Notes: generated from the letters alone by a model not told the origin. A DNA stretch of 61,788 bases, filler included, from Dugesia japonica (GCA_001938525.1; 6 parts of 6 records of this genome joined end to end with filler, not necessarily neighbours in it), one strand, 5' to 3'. Shown: positions 25,952 through 40,023, counted from the first letter of the whole stretch. A program made the numbers and translations.

Positions 25952-26579
25952 TTCGAGTCAATTTTAAAATATGATATTTTTAGAATGGCCTAAACCGTAG
26001 ATGACGAGGAAAAATATTTTCAACCTAATAGTAACTTATTTTTTATAAATTAAATATTAAAAAATGATTGATTTAGAAAATATTGAATCTGATGACCAAT
26101 TGATGGAAGAATCAGTGTTGTCGAATGGTAAAGACCTTCTAGAAAAATCATCAAATATATTTAATAAATGTTTGACTAAATTTAATTAAAAATTAATTAT
26201 TATTTTGTTTTAGATTTGTTCATAGATTTACTTGTACGTACATATCTTTCTTTAAAAGAAGANNNNNNNNNNNNNNNNNNNNNNNNNNNNNNNNNNNNNN
26301 NNNNNNNNNNNNNNNNNTTGACATAGAAAATGTTATAAAAATCTATGAAGAATATAATAAAGATAATAATTGCGAAAATTGCTCAGAAAATTAGAAAATT
26401 TTGAAAAAAAAATTTTTTGAATTAATTTATCATGACAGTCATAAAAGAAAATTTTAAGTTATTAGTTTAATGTTATAATATAAATAAATTTAATCAGTTC
26501 ATTTTTTTTCTTTATTTTGTTTTATAGAAAAAAATTTTTCAAAAATAAACAAAAAATTAAAAAAGAAAATTTTAAAAAA

Positions 26580-26768
26580 AATGATCTAGAAAATTTTTCT
26601 ACTCCCTCCGGGGAGGGTGAGTCACCCTGATCTAGCAAAACGATGAGTCACCATGATCTAGAAAAACGATGACTCATCGTTATGACTCATACCTATGACC
26701 CATCGTCTGTATTATAATTGTTCTTTGTCTAGGATGAGTGTGATACAGTGCGCCGCTATCTACCTACT
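26580..26768 (-). repeat. Polinton right terminus/TIR
   Basis: Reverse complement AGTAGGTAGATAGCGGCGCACTGTATCA matches 59316-59343 at 26/28; subterminal GATCTAG and TGA(G/C)TCA repeats. Confidence 0.8.
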
Positions 26769-27892
26769 TAAATAACATATACTCATAGTTTTTAGACGAT
26801 TATTATAGCACAACATATATACAATCTTTGGATCAAAATATGGTATACTTTTATAAGAATATAAACTGTTTAATCACACTTAAGAAATTTAATAGCTAAT
26901 AGTCATTCTTTAAATTTCTTCTGGCTTCGAATTTTGATATTATGTTGGGATCTGGATACTGGGCAGAAACAATAACATACATAACAAGCACACACATATT
27001 CACATAATCAATAATCATTCCAACAGTCAATCAGTATCAATATCCAACAAAAATCAAATAATTGATCCGAAAATCATGAAAAATTGATAAACAATCGATT
27101 GAAACACTTCATAAATCTTTTTTTTTATTTTATTACTGAATTTATTTTAATTGTACATTTTGAATTAAGTTGATGTTGAAATTAGTTGTAAATAATTTAG
27201 TGCTTTTAATAAATTGTGTAAAGATTAGAGGGATGAAATTTATCTAAGAAAGATAAATAAGCCCAAAAGTGTTAAATAAAAAATAAGAAAAATTAATGTA
27301 ACTTTTTTTGTTATTTTTAGTAATTAGTTTGGTGGTGAGAAGTGTGAATAAAATCATTATACTGATCATTTATAAGTTTAAGGCAGACATAAAAATTTAC
27401 TAGAATATTCCATTTCTAAGAGTGGCATATTCTTTTAAATATAATATACTGCTATTAGCATTCTGCTAATAAGATTTTAAGTGTCGAATTTGTTATATAT
27501 CCAAAAAGTGTTTTTATAAAAAGTGCGTCTTAGTTATTTATATAAGAACATTACATATATCACCTTATTTATAATTTGCGTAAGATATTATAATTATATA
27601 GTATTGTATCAACATAATTTTGATAGCATCGTCACAAAAAATCTAAAATCAAACATCCGTAGAATCAGCTACCTAAATTGTTAACTATAGTTTTAAGTAC
27701 GAACTATAGAAATACCTAACAAATTTAGTACTGCAAACAGGGAATTAAATTATATAATTTTTCAAGTTGGTTTAGAATCAAGTGGGCAGTTAGACCTTTT
27801 ATTAAAATTTACTGTGCATTTAATACTAATACAGTTTGATAACAGATATTGAAGAAATTCTACCACAGTCTTATCAAAGTTGATTAATTTAA

Positions 27893-28750
27893 CACCTTAA
27901 TGCACACGCTCGAAGTAATTCGAGTGCACTAAACCGGCTAAATTGTGCACGCTCGATATAAATCGATTGACGTCGCACTTTATACTGTTTTAATGTTCAC
28001 AATCTAATATATTTGAGGATTGAAAAAAATTAAATAAAAACTAAAACAAAAATATATTTTATTGATATTAATCATTTAATTTTATATGGTAAGCTAAAAG
28101 TTCTTTTATTATCAGTTTTTGACGATATCTGCAAACATATGCGGTTCGATAAATGCGCTTATTTCCATTTTTTTATCTACTTACGCTAAATAAAATTGCT
28201 TCTATTGAATATTTATGTAGGTGGTATATTTTTCTTAGAAATAAGAATTATTTATTTTACATTTTATTTTAGTAAAATATATACCTAAAATGATCGATTC
28301 AGAATCTGAATATGAATATGAAAATATGTCAGAAAGTTGCTCAGAAGATTCTGATGATTACAGTAGTGATTCTGATGATAGTTCAGAAGAAAATATTGCT
28401 GTTGATTGGAAGCAGATAAACAATGACAAACCTCATTCACCTCCACCAAGATTTCAATTTTTGCCGCTCCTGGTTCAACTTTTCTTTTTGAGGATAATTT
28501 TGATGTATTAGAGTATTTCAATTTATTTTATGATGATTCGGTGTTGGATATTTTAGTAACAGAAACAACTTGATAGGCTGATCAACAACCAGGTAGATCA
28601 AACAGTTAATTGAAACATCTTTGCAAAAATGAAATGATGATATATCTTACCATTAGTATACTTCATAGCCTTATAAAAAACCACAACAAAGAATGTATTG
28701 ATCAACTAGCGAAATGTGGAGTACTCCTTTTTTTTAAAAACTGGTGAACC
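27893..28750 (+). mobile_element. piggyBac 5' half (PGBD4-like transposase N-terminus)
   Basis: TTAA|CACC start; acidic Ser-rich N-terminus, then EYFNLFYDDSVLDILVTET and EMMIYL...KKP..RMY*ST....TPFF. Confidence 0.8.
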
Positions 28751-28789
28751 TAAGATATAAATAATAAATGTTCTAATTTATATATACCA

Positions 28790-29000
28790 GAAAAATCAGT
28801 TAATTTCCAGAAGCCGTCCTAACATCTGAGCTTCGTTTACACGGTAAGCCTCAGAAAATTAAAAATATTCAGCCATAAGCTCTGGGCAGTCATTTGGATT
28901 TCCACCATACATTTTTATCGACAACATATGAGCATTATTGTTATTATTTAAATTATCAGCCTCCATATTATCATATCAAATTTTTGCTAAATCTAAAGTA
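28790..29000 (-). pseudogene. Possible BEL/Pao gag fragment
   Basis: LSIKMYGGNPNDCPELMAEYF...EAQMLGRL resembles the LPxFxGxPxxWPxF...LxRL pattern. Confidence 0.35.
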
Positions 29001-30154
29001 TTATTTACTTCAAAACCAAAACGATAAATTATGCTACCGTTTCTTAACTCCATTTACATTATTTTTGATCATGTCGGTCTCGCCAAATATACGAGGTTCA
29101 ATTGATGTAGTTTGCGCTTTTATTTTATTTGCCTTAAATTTCCTCACAATAAGTGCTCGAATCTGAATCCAAATTCAGTTAATTTCCGGTAGCGGTAAAT
29201 TAAGAGAGTTTGGAAGGAAATCAATTTATTTTAATCTGTGTTTAAAATTATCTAATAATTTTAAAATAATTTTTATAATTATAATATAATAAAAAAATTT
29301 AAACACAAAAACAATAAAACTTTATTTTCAGTTATGGCAATGATTCGTAGTACAAATTATATATAAAAATGAACAAGCTTTTTTAAAAATTTTGATTTTT
29401 AAGCCTTTACTTGTCGTTACGCTAATGAAGCATTGAGATTTAATAAGATATGATTTGGCTAAAATGAAACAAACGTTTTCTCACCGTTTTATCTCAACGC
29501 CTTATTAAAAAATGGGATTAACGGGAAAATTGATTAATTTATTTAGAACAATACGTTTAAAGCCTTCAAAGATCTGCACTTGACTAATATTAATTTTAAG
29601 TCAAATTAATATTTAGACATTATCATGATCAGTTTAGATCAATAGATTATATCTTATAATTTAATTATAAATGGAGATATAATCAATGAGTAATAATCAA
29701 TTTTACAAGAATTCATTTTTATCTAATTTGCCAATCGATAATTCGACAAATTTTAGTTGTCAAGATTAAGTAATTAAATCTCTGTAAATACTTGTCTAAA
29801 TCGATCGATTTTATTCTCAAATCAATTAAAATGTCCGTTATAATTTTTTTCTGACTTTAATTTATACCTAATACTGGTCAATAAATCACATGTCAAATAA
29901 GGTTATTCTTAAAAAGTCACATAAATTTAATGTCACCAATTTGAGCTAATACAATCAATATATGAAATGAAATCTCAAATACGATCAATGGTTAAGTCCA
30001 ACAATTATTCTCACCATAACTGTAATTATAAAAATAGTTTAAAATTATTTAAAATATTATTAAGAATTTAATTATAATTTATTATTAATTATATATTATT
30101 TTCTAACCTATATATGAAAACCCTATATGAAATATATTCAAATTTTTATTGTCA

Positions 30155-30430
30155 AACCGTTGAGGTCAAATGAGATCAGTTTTTGATTGGTTTTAGGAGT
30201 TATTGTCTAAGGTTTTCTCGGTGAGGTTGAATAAGGTCAATTTTTAGTTGATTCAGGTGAATTTGGTCCAATATTTCCTCGGGATGGCTCGGTTTGGGTA
30301 ATTTTTGGATAATTTGGTCAAATTGTTTCTCGGTTATGGTTAGTTTGGGTATTTTTTGAATGATTTAGTCAATTATTTACTCGGTTTAGGCAAAATTTGT
30401 CAATTATTTCCCCGATATTGGTCATTGCAT
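30155..30430. repeat. GGTCAA-rich foldback/MITE arm (related arms at 48700-48845, 48960-49110 and 55375-55450)
   Basis: Repeated TTTGGTCAATT-like units; terminal CGTTGAGGTC shared with the reverse complement of about 55381-55392. Confidence 0.55.
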
Positions 30431-30932
30431 AATATCGAACACGTTTATTTTAGGTTTATTTCTTGCTCGTTTCTTTTTGAACGTTGATATCAAAGTAGGT
30501 TCATATTTTTTAACTATTGCTTTGGGCTTTGCACAGTGTCTATTAATATAGCTTACATAATTATTCAATAAATCTTTCTTTTCTGAAAAAACCTGCCATA
30601 ATATTTTTTGTTCTATTTAATGTCGATGCATTTCCATTGCATTTTTTCTTTGTAGATTTCTTAAAATAAATCAAACCTTTGCAAGCCCATACTATTATCA
30701 CAGAAACGGCTTGATAGAAAGAATTTTTGAACTGCAAAATATAGAATTTTTGCAACCAGCTTGAAATTTCTCACAAATTTCGTCAAAAGTGGTATGAGAA
30801 TAACAAAAAATAAAACAACTAATTATTCTCCTTTTGAAATAGCTTTTGGCAAACAATTTTAAACTTATTTAAATAAGTCAATTCGAAAAATCTGAATCAA
30901 TATTTAGAGAATATTAAAGCAAATTTACACCA

Positions 30933-31032
30933 NNNNNNNNNNNNNNNNNNNNNNNNNNNNNNNNNNNNNNNNNNNNTTAATTAATTAANNNNNNNNNNNN
31001 NNNNNNNNNNNNNNNNNNNNNNNNNNNNNNNN
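30933..31032. other. Artificial contig spacer
   Basis: 44N-TTAATTAATTAA-44N. Confidence 0.95.
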
Positions 31033-31390
31033 TATAAGAACCCCCATGACCGCAACGCCGGGGTGTTCCCGGATTATACTAATTTATCGGAGGTAGAGGC
31101 CGAAAATGAAAGAGAATGGGACGCAGCCGAGCGGCGTGCGTATTATGAGTGCACTGGCCCAGTCAGATCCCGAGAAGTGTTTCACACAGCCACAGCGTTT
31201 TCCCCAATCAGTACCGAGAAATTTAGCACCATCAGTGACTGGAGGGAAAGCCCGTCAGTAATCCCAGTCTCGGCGGCTCATGTTCCACCTTTCGCTGTCT
31301 TGAGAGGATCAATCGGCGACACGGTATGGGATCTACGTAATTCATGGAGTAGGGCTCACAACGAAAAAGTACAGAAAATGTTAGAGGCAA
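31033..31390 (+). CDS. GC-rich open coding fragment, unknown (only the first ~110 codons of ORF 31063-31599 look real)
   Basis: Roughly half-GC open frame that drops abruptly into AT-rich sequence at about 31390. Confidence 0.35.
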
Positions 31391-31934
31391 TTTTTTTTCT
31401 TCTTTCTTTCCATATTTCCGGTTTACCTATCGCAAATTTTTATTTTCTATACCAAGTGTTTCACCTCAACAGTATTATATTAAAATTAATTCTTGAAATA
31501 TTTTTAAAAATTATTTACAATATTTTATTTTTTAAAAAAGTATATAAAATATTTAAAAATAGAATACATTTTTGTCGAAGTACTTTATTGAAAATTTAAA
31601 TTAGTTTAAATAATTTTTATATTGTATTGTATAAAAATTATTTTTAACAAAAATATCTTTTAAATTATAATATTTTTTGAAATACTTGGGTTGGGGTTCC
31701 ATCTGAGTTGCAGATAGAAAAATATGACTGAGGAAAAAGACAGCCCTAAGAGGATCCCGCAAAGAATTTAACCTAATGTCCCTGATTTAGGCCTTCAGTG
31801 CAGATTCGTTGACTCCCAACGTTGATTTGGAGTGCCTACTCGTACACCTTTCATTTGGGATCGAGAGTTTCCTACTATATTTAAATATACGGAGACAAAG
31901 ACATAATTTATAAACATTTATTTACAAAACATTA

Positions 31935-32262
31935 TTAGACACTGGGCTGGCTCGTCATTTGAAAAGTCAATTGCGGCCTCATCATTGTCACTGTTCCAAG
32001 GAGACCAGCTTTCTATTTAGAGTCGCGCAGACAAATCCGCTATGTACTGTTTAAGAAAAGTGACCTAATTAGACAGCTGCAGGTTCGTCCAGTTAACTAT
32101 TTCTAATTATTTCTTGTTCACCAATTCGAGCTTTTTTATAAGCCGATTCTGTTAGGAAAGGAGTCGTAGTGACCGCTAGCACCTTTTCCAGTAGTGCCTC
32201 TCTATTATGAACTTTATCAATTTATGACGTCGTGGTGAATTTGGTAGTCCGACTCTTGGCAC
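31935..32262 (-). pseudogene. Coiled-coil terminal exon, homolog of 40833-41144
   Basis: QNRLIKKLE...FLKQYIADLSARL*IESWSPWNSD versus RNRLIKKLD...FLQQYIADLANRLEQENWTHWNSE; same TAG|TG acceptor. Confidence 0.75.
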
Positions 32263-32394
32263 TAGATATAAGAATATCAATTAAAAAACAATATATGAAA
32301 ACAAATAAAGCTATTTTAAGCAAAACACAAAATTAAAACTATTTAGAAATTTAAAACACAAGTTAGTTCCTAGTTTGTCTGGTTTTGTCGATCA

Positions 32395-32614
32395 TTAGCG
32401 CAACTCCACGAAATCAGTTACAAGTTTATTTTCACGATCATGGAGGGAACGGATTACATCAGCGAACGATTCAAGCTGGCGCTTCCAGATGCGTTCTTGT
32501 TTATGCGATGCTTCCGCTTCATCTATGCCTATAAAGACTGAATTTGACTCTCCGCCACCACTTGGGGCTCCCAATTCCGTTTGACCAGACGGTAGAGGTC
32601 CCAAGAAATGTCAA
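32395..32614 (-). CDS. Coiled-coil exon related to 2309-2625
   Basis: QLESFADVIRSLHDRENKLV versus SCRAMADIIKSYADRESVLI. Confidence 0.45.
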
Positions 32615-35600
32615 NNNNNNNNNNNNNNNNNNNNNNNNNNNNNNNNNNNNNNNNNNNNNNNNNNNNNNNNNNNNNNNCTGAATAGATGATTTATAGGACA
32701 AGTTATTAGAAATTATTATATCAAACTTAATTAAGATGATGATAGAAAACCTAAGGCGAACATAAGCATTTAATAAAAAGACTCAACAATTTAATTATAC
32801 TAAGAATTTATTACAAAACAACTAATCTAAATAAGTCACGAGGGGATGTCACTGGAGAATTAAAATAATTTTCTAACTCTAACCACAGGTGAAGATGGAG
32901 AGTTTAAAGTGGGCTTTTACGTTAGGCCAGTTACGATATAACCAGCGCTTGGATTCATCGCGGCCACGCTGGTGGTCTGCTTCAGAAGAGACCAAATTCG
33001 ATCGAAGAAGAAGTTTACCTTTAAAACCATTGGACAAGGTTTTACGCTGTGATTTGGCGAAGTGGTTATCAGAAAATTATTTATGTGAGCGAACAATTTT
33101 TATCAGACGAGAAGTGTTTTTCCTTGATAAACCAGATGACTAGAGAATACATTCAAACAAATCGGAAGTCATTTATCGTCCATGGCAACAGAAAAACATA
33201 TTGTGGTATGGGCCATGGTTCTGCCAAATTGTCTCTTATCTTGTCCAATGGTTTTAGTGGTAAACTTTTTCTTATTTTCTTGTACCTCATGCCTTATTGT
33301 TTAGGGGAACATGGAATTGTAAATCGTGAAACTTGAATATTGCACGTATTAATAAATTTCTTACAATTTACCTTCCGTCGATTGTCCTTCAGATAACATA
33401 TTTCCACTTTCAACCTTAACTTATAGGCAGCATTTAATTAAGGTTTCGGTCCTCTTTTCATTGACTTTGTTATAAATCTTTTTCGGCAAATACTAATAAC
33501 ACAATTCCTAGATATTTTGGTTTTTTCAGAAATTCTTGTGTAACTCCAACCTTCCTTTCGTAAATAAAAATTTGATTTTTTGATCCTCAGCCTTCATAAC
33601 TACATTATACATGAATTATAAATAAAAAATCCAAATGCAATAAGAACTTAAATTTATTTCAAATATTATACTGTTGTCAATAAATTTGCTCTTTTGAAAA
33701 AAGTATAATTGAATATTTAACCAAATAATAAATTGTTTAACTTAAAAATTATTTCAATAATTAATACTTTGCATAAACATACTTTTTTTAATTAAAAAGT
33801 TAATGTATTTCTAAAAATAACTAATTTCAAGTGTTGTCGAAAAATTTGCTCATCAGTATATTAAAGAGAATGAACGCCAATAAATCTAGTAAATCTAAAC
33901 AAGGAGTTAAACCATAGGTGATATACCATTTTAGTTGTTCTACTGACAAACTCGATTTTCAGTCATTGATGAGATTAACCACTCAACAAAAAATTTTTGG
34001 TTATCACCACTACTGACTAGATTGATCTTATCGAGTTGTTTGTTGGCTAATTACATACATTTTTCTATCTAACTACATTGATGAAATTCAAGCAGGTAGG
34101 TTTTGATCATGAATCAGTTTTACTGCCTGTTTATGGAAGTTAAATAAGGCACACTGCCGCTGGATATAATGCTCAATCGTTTACTTGCGAAATCTTACTG
34201 CAGATCAAGAAAAATTTGTNGATGAAAAACTACTGATAGTTAATCGAATGTCAATAATGGCAGTTGGCAGTTCACTAAGAATATGCGGAGAATATGTGGA
34301 GTGAATCTCTATTTCTGGTTATAATTATTTGACAGAATTTGATAGAAAGTAAAAACTAGGATATTATCATTGTGAGCAGTTTTGAAAAGCAAGTTGAAAT
34401 TTTTGTGTGATTGGTGATCTTATTTTTAAAATCTTTTGTTTAAANNNNNNNNNNNNNNNNNNNNNNNNNNNNNNNNNNNNNNNNNNNNNNNNTTAAGGAT
34501 AAATTAAAATTATTGAATAATAAAGTTTAACTTTTTAATAAATAAAATTTTGAAAGTGAGCTGAGATTTTGTCGTCAATTTTTAAATAAAACTTTAAGTA
34601 AATAATAAAATGTTTTCAAGTGGATCAAATTAATTTTGATAAATAAAATTTTAAAAGCAGTTAAAATTTAGTTGTAAATTTTTAAATGGAAATTATTAAA
34701 ATAAATAAAATGTTTTAAGTGGATCAAATTAATTTTAATAAATNNNNNNNNNNNNNNNNNNNNNNNNNNNNNNNNNNNNNNNNNNNNNNNNNNNNNNNNN
34801 NNNNNNNNNNNNNNNNNNNNNNNNNNNNNNNNNNNNNNNNNNNNNNNNNNNNNNNNNNNNNNNNNNNNNNNNNNNNNNNNNNNNNNNNNNNNNNNNNNNN
34901 NNNNNNNNNNNNNNNNNNNNNAGTTTTGATTTTAATAAAGTGTTGTAATGAATTCGAATTTTGATATTGATGATACGACGAGTTTTCCAAACTCAACTAA
35001 CAATCATCATATAAATTTTATTAATCAGAAATACATGCAAAAATTATATCATCAATGACTCAAAAGTTACTAAATGATTAATTTGGATTTCTGCAACGGC
35101 AAGATTTATTGTTAACGAAACACTGGTAATTTCTTTTATTCGGATAAATTGAGTCCACTGATCGATAATATTAATTCCTCTTTAACTGTTATAGTTGAGA
35201 TTTAATTAACGCAAGTTGACTGATTTATCTTAGTTGTTTTTTAAGGGTGAAATCATCTAAAATTTAGGGGGTTTTATACCATTTTACCTTGCACCCTTGG
35301 TTGATTTTGACTGGTTCGTATTTTTAAATCTGGTTTCCACCGTTTGTATTATTCCATAGTATAATTTTCAGATTTTTCTGTAAATTTCATATGTTCTATT
35401 GGTGGCTATTTTTAGACACCTTCTGAATTTTTTCTTTGTTTTCGCTTTATCAAAGGTCTCTCATTGCTCCGATCTTTACAACCTTTTCCCGACCCTTATG
35501 GTTATGGTAATTTTCTTGACCAGATCGGATTCCTCATGCTCTCATCTATCCAGATTTACTTTCCTTGACTTATTCTATCTTTCTGATGAAAGTTGCCGCT

Positions 35601-36729
35601 TTTTCATATTTTCTACGAATTAAATTTCTTTTTTCTTGAAAATTAGTTAATTTTTTCTTATTATTCCCTGTTTCAATTTTAATAATATTTTATATTATTC
35701 AGGTATATTTTATAATTCTTTTTAATTATTGTTTATTGCCCATTACCCTCAGCATTGTCTTTTATTATTTTCTTGATAATTTTTCGTATTTTCTTCTGAT
35801 CTTCAATATTTTTCCTCTTGTTGAATACTTACTGATGATACTTCCGAGATTTATCCTGATTACTATTAACTGAGGCTTCTTAATTTTATTGATATTTCAG
35901 GCTTTGGTTGATCCTTACTTCGTGGGCCGGTGTTTCATCCCAACATTTATATTACTGATTTTTTAAAATAGTAAAAATTAATTGGAAAATTATTTTGAAG
36001 GATTATTAAAAAAATATAGTACATTTATTATTTTTGAAAATCCATATTTTTAAATATAAATTTTAAGTTCTCTGATATGGATTATTTGTTTAAATATGAT
36101 GGATTATTCTTACATCTTTTTAACTTTTATAAAACAATTGTGATAATAAATAAAACTTATGGAAAATTGTGAAGTTCTCAATTTAACTAATGTTGTGGTC
36201 ATGGGTGATATGGTTCAAAATTATATCAAACACAACTCGCAACTGGGATTTAGTGTGCCCGTCTTATGAGTACGTTGATAGTAGCCCCGGCGACTCTTAC
36301 CCAAGAGTGCTTGAGCGTACCATCTGCATATTATTTGGGTTCGTTTGACAACGATAGAAGTCGTATAAAGGAGAAAAATCAATAATTTACGATCATAATA
36401 TTTTACAGTGGAATTTACAATCCATGTATACAACGTTTATTCGATAGATTAACAAATCAGTCATCCTCGGAAAGATCGACAAATACTTTCCAGATTTTTT
36501 TTGGGGNGGGAGGTACTGAGGAGTTATGTAGGTTATGTAGGAGCTCACTTAGTTGATTGTTTTCAGTTCGGAGCCACTCCACTTCGGCTTCCAACTCCAA
36601 GATTCCAATACCCTAGGCTGTGTCCCTCTAGATATATTCAACATTTTGACCTCGACGTTGAAACATCTCGAAAACGAGTATGCCTATTTTTTCTTGAACA
36701 TTAGTTTGATTGAATTGAATGATGGTACT

Positions 36730-37249
36730 AGTAAGTTTAATCGTCAATGATAATAGTATAATATTATAAATATTATAATAGTAATAATTAATGTGTAACA
36801 ATAATAACGATAGAAATGGTCGTTATAAGAGTGCTGGAATTAATAATAATAATCTAATGGTCGTTTTAATAATATTGATGACGGTCGAGAAGATAAAAGT
36901 AATAATAACCTTAGAACTAATACTTATAATACTAATGATGATCCAAGCCGTAACAACTAACAACAATAACACTAATACCCCTAATAAATAATAGTAATAA
37001 TTGTAACAATAATGATTTAAATAATACTAATAATGACAAAATAATAGTTTTGATAGTCCTAATAGTAGTAATATATGGTAATGATAAAAGCGATTATCGA
37101 AGTGACCCTCGCTTAAAAATAATGACATCAATTAATAATAATTAAGAATAATATTGATTAAAGGTAAAAATAATGATGTAATAGCAACGACAATAGTAAT
37201 ATAATATTAATAATAATAAGAGTAATAATAATAAAAGTAGTAATAATAG
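36730..37249. repeat. Degenerate (AAT)n low-complexity tract
   Basis: AAT/AGT/GAT triplets. Confidence 0.7.
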
Positions 37250-38894
37250 TGATGGGCTAGAACATAAACAATCCCGATAATAGTTGTAACAAATAAATCA
37301 AGTAAATTAAAGAAAAGCAAGGAAAATAAATTAAATTGCAGGAATTATCGTGAAAAGAGAATAAAAATATAAAACATCGGTCGAAATGATGATTAAAATA
37401 ACAAATTATGAGGTGCTGGGCCAGCAATTATGATTAAGATTATGATTATTATTATGTAATTATTATTATTATAAATATTATGAATTTTTTTTGGAAAACT
37501 TCGAAAATCGAAAATCGGGCGTAAGAAACCCTAAATTAATACAGAAATAAAATATTAATTAATATATTGAAATATTAATTTTTATACAGAAATAAAAATT
37601 ATAAGTATGAGTAGTAAATGAAAGGTTAAATAAAAACAATAATAAACAATAATTTAATAATATATTAGAAGTGTCTTTACGACCCGTTTTATTTCTTATA
37701 AATAATGCTAAATAGCGTTTAATATTAATTATTCTTTTAATTAATGCTGATCAAGTAATCAGTCCCTGTCTAGCTGAGAAAAAATAAATTGAAAATAATC
37801 AGCAAAACAGTTGAATCATCTCATGCTAGACAAGGACTTTGTAACGAAAACATCCGGTTATTCAGAGGTCAGGTGAGGTGAACGACTGAATAATCTGGAA
37901 AATTGCGAGTTGTTATGTTAATTACCACCATACCTAACCAGGANNNNNNNNNNNNNNNNNNNNNNNNNNNNNNNNNNNNNNNNNNNNNNNNNNNNNNNNN
38001 NNNNNNNNNNNNNNNNNNNCAGCAGTTCATTCGATTCATTTTTGGGCATCGGTCGAATAAAAACAGAAAAACACTACAGAAAAAAAACTTTTCACTTTTT
38101 TGATTAAAAATTTACTAAGTTTTGAACCACATTTTAAATTACTGCCTGATTGAGATTTTACTTGGTTTCGAGCAACATATATTATTTTTTTAAATATTAT
38201 TTGATTTGAAATGTTTACTTATTTGAGAAAATAATATCCGAGGAGAAATTCCAGAAAATAAATTACAAGTAAATCTTTGATTGTTATCATGTTCCTTTCT
38301 TGTTTGATGTAGTATGGTGTCTTATAATTTAATTTTGTTTAGTTTAAATCTGATAATAAACTTATTAAGATCATGATATTTTAATTAATTTTGTTTATTC
38401 ATTTATTTATTATTTGATTTTTGAAGTAAATAATCATTAATCAACTTATCAATTAAGTATTAATTTTATCGTGAAGTAAAAGAAACCGAGACTTCATTTT
38501 GTAAAAGTTTCATATGATCATTACATGATCATTATTCTATCATCGAATATTTAGATATAAATAAATAGTTATTGTTGTTGAGAGAGTATTTTTGTGTTCT
38601 AGTTTTGTATTATCAGTTTTATTTTGTGTATAAGCTGTGATAATGAGAATTGAGATGGTAGAAGTACTGAGCAGGGTATAAAAATCACGTGCCAGGATAG
38701 AGAACTTCATTGTAAAGACGCGAAACCACATAGTCGCGCTGAATCCGCGGAAAAGAGGGACATGTCACAGAGGTGACACAAATGCTTGTGGTTTTTAGGT
38801 GTGCCCCTAGACATTACGGTGAGATATTAAATATGAAAGTGAGATCCGAGTTATAGAGAAAAAATTAAAAGATCAAAATCCTAAAAACCCAACA
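37250..38894 (+). mobile_element. Solo LTR, family A, 4-bp TSD ATAG
   Basis: TGATGGGCTAGAACA...CCTAAAAACCCAACA; ATAG at 37246-37249 and 38895-38898; collinear blocks shared with 59794-61652. Confidence 0.85.
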
Positions 38895-40023
38895 ATAGTA
38901 TTATTGAAAGCCCTGATAATAATGGTAGATTAGCAATTCATTAATCCTTAATTCATAATGTGAATGCTCCTGTGAATTTATGATGCTTTATTTATATGAA
39001 ATAAAAACCTAATCATAATAAAAGCAAAGTTTAGAACTCAAAGCCGGTATGGGAAAAGACATAATAAATCAATGACAATAAAACTAATAACAAAACAAAA
39101 AGTAAATTAAACTAGGTTATATGAACGCATATAATTACATAATAAAATGACGAAACATACTTAATTGATAACTACGTTTGAGCCAGAAAGTGGATCTTGA
39201 ATTGACTGGATATTGAAAAATTGACGTTTGCTGTGAAAATGAATTTAATTCATCACTTCGATGCGAGATTCACAAGTAATTGAAAAATTAATATTTTTCT
39301 CTCTTTTTCTGTTNNNNNNNNNNNNNNNNNNNNNNNNNNNNNNNNNNNNNNNNNNNNNNNNNNNNNNNNNNNNNNNNNNNNNNNNNNNNAATTACAAATG
39401 AGAATTTAAAATGATTTCCTGTTTTGAACGGGTTATCAAACGACAATTACGAGTTTTGAGGTTTTAAATTGCTTGCGATAATAAATTCGCGGGATGATGT
39501 TCTTTGATCGGAGAATATCGAGTCTCGATTTGAATTTCAATTGCAGGATGTAAGTTGGAAAATGAAATTTTTAATATGTGTTTCTCAGAAAATTTTAATT
39601 CTTAATTATCGATCTTTGAATTGAAAATTTTTCAAGTTTTTCTGGAAATTTGAATTGTTTTTGATTATTTACTATCTGCTAGGTCTCGTTTCCAATAAAA
39701 TCGCTTGTTACCAAACGTGAATTGATACGAGAAGATTGGTAAAGGTAAGTTTCATATGTTTTTAGCCCTTTTTATACTAATTTTTTGTTCAGATTCGTTG
39801 ATCATTGGTTGCTTTTTTATCCAATTTTGGAGTTATTTTCAGTAAAATTGCTGTATTCTTCAGAAAATTGATCATTTCAACATGTAATTTATTTCTTTAT
39901 TTAATTATTTCTGGAATTTTTATAAATAATGTTTTCTTTATTTTATAACATGCTTCCATTATCTATTTTCAGCTGAATATTTTCATTATTATTGTTTAAT
40001 TTTTAATATATTATTTATTATTT

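Larger units (their letters stand above)
31689..35945 (-). mobile_element. ~4.3-kb giant LTR-like element, family B
   Basis: 5' end TGTTGGGATGAAACAC is identical to 40024; 31689-32270 is homologous to 40833-41429; shared internal AGGTGTC(C)TAAAAATAG block. TSD not preserved. Confidence 0.7.

Noticed and set aside
26943-26965. TGTTGGG as the start of another LTR
   Set aside because: No matching CCCAACA end or family homology found downstream in that contig.
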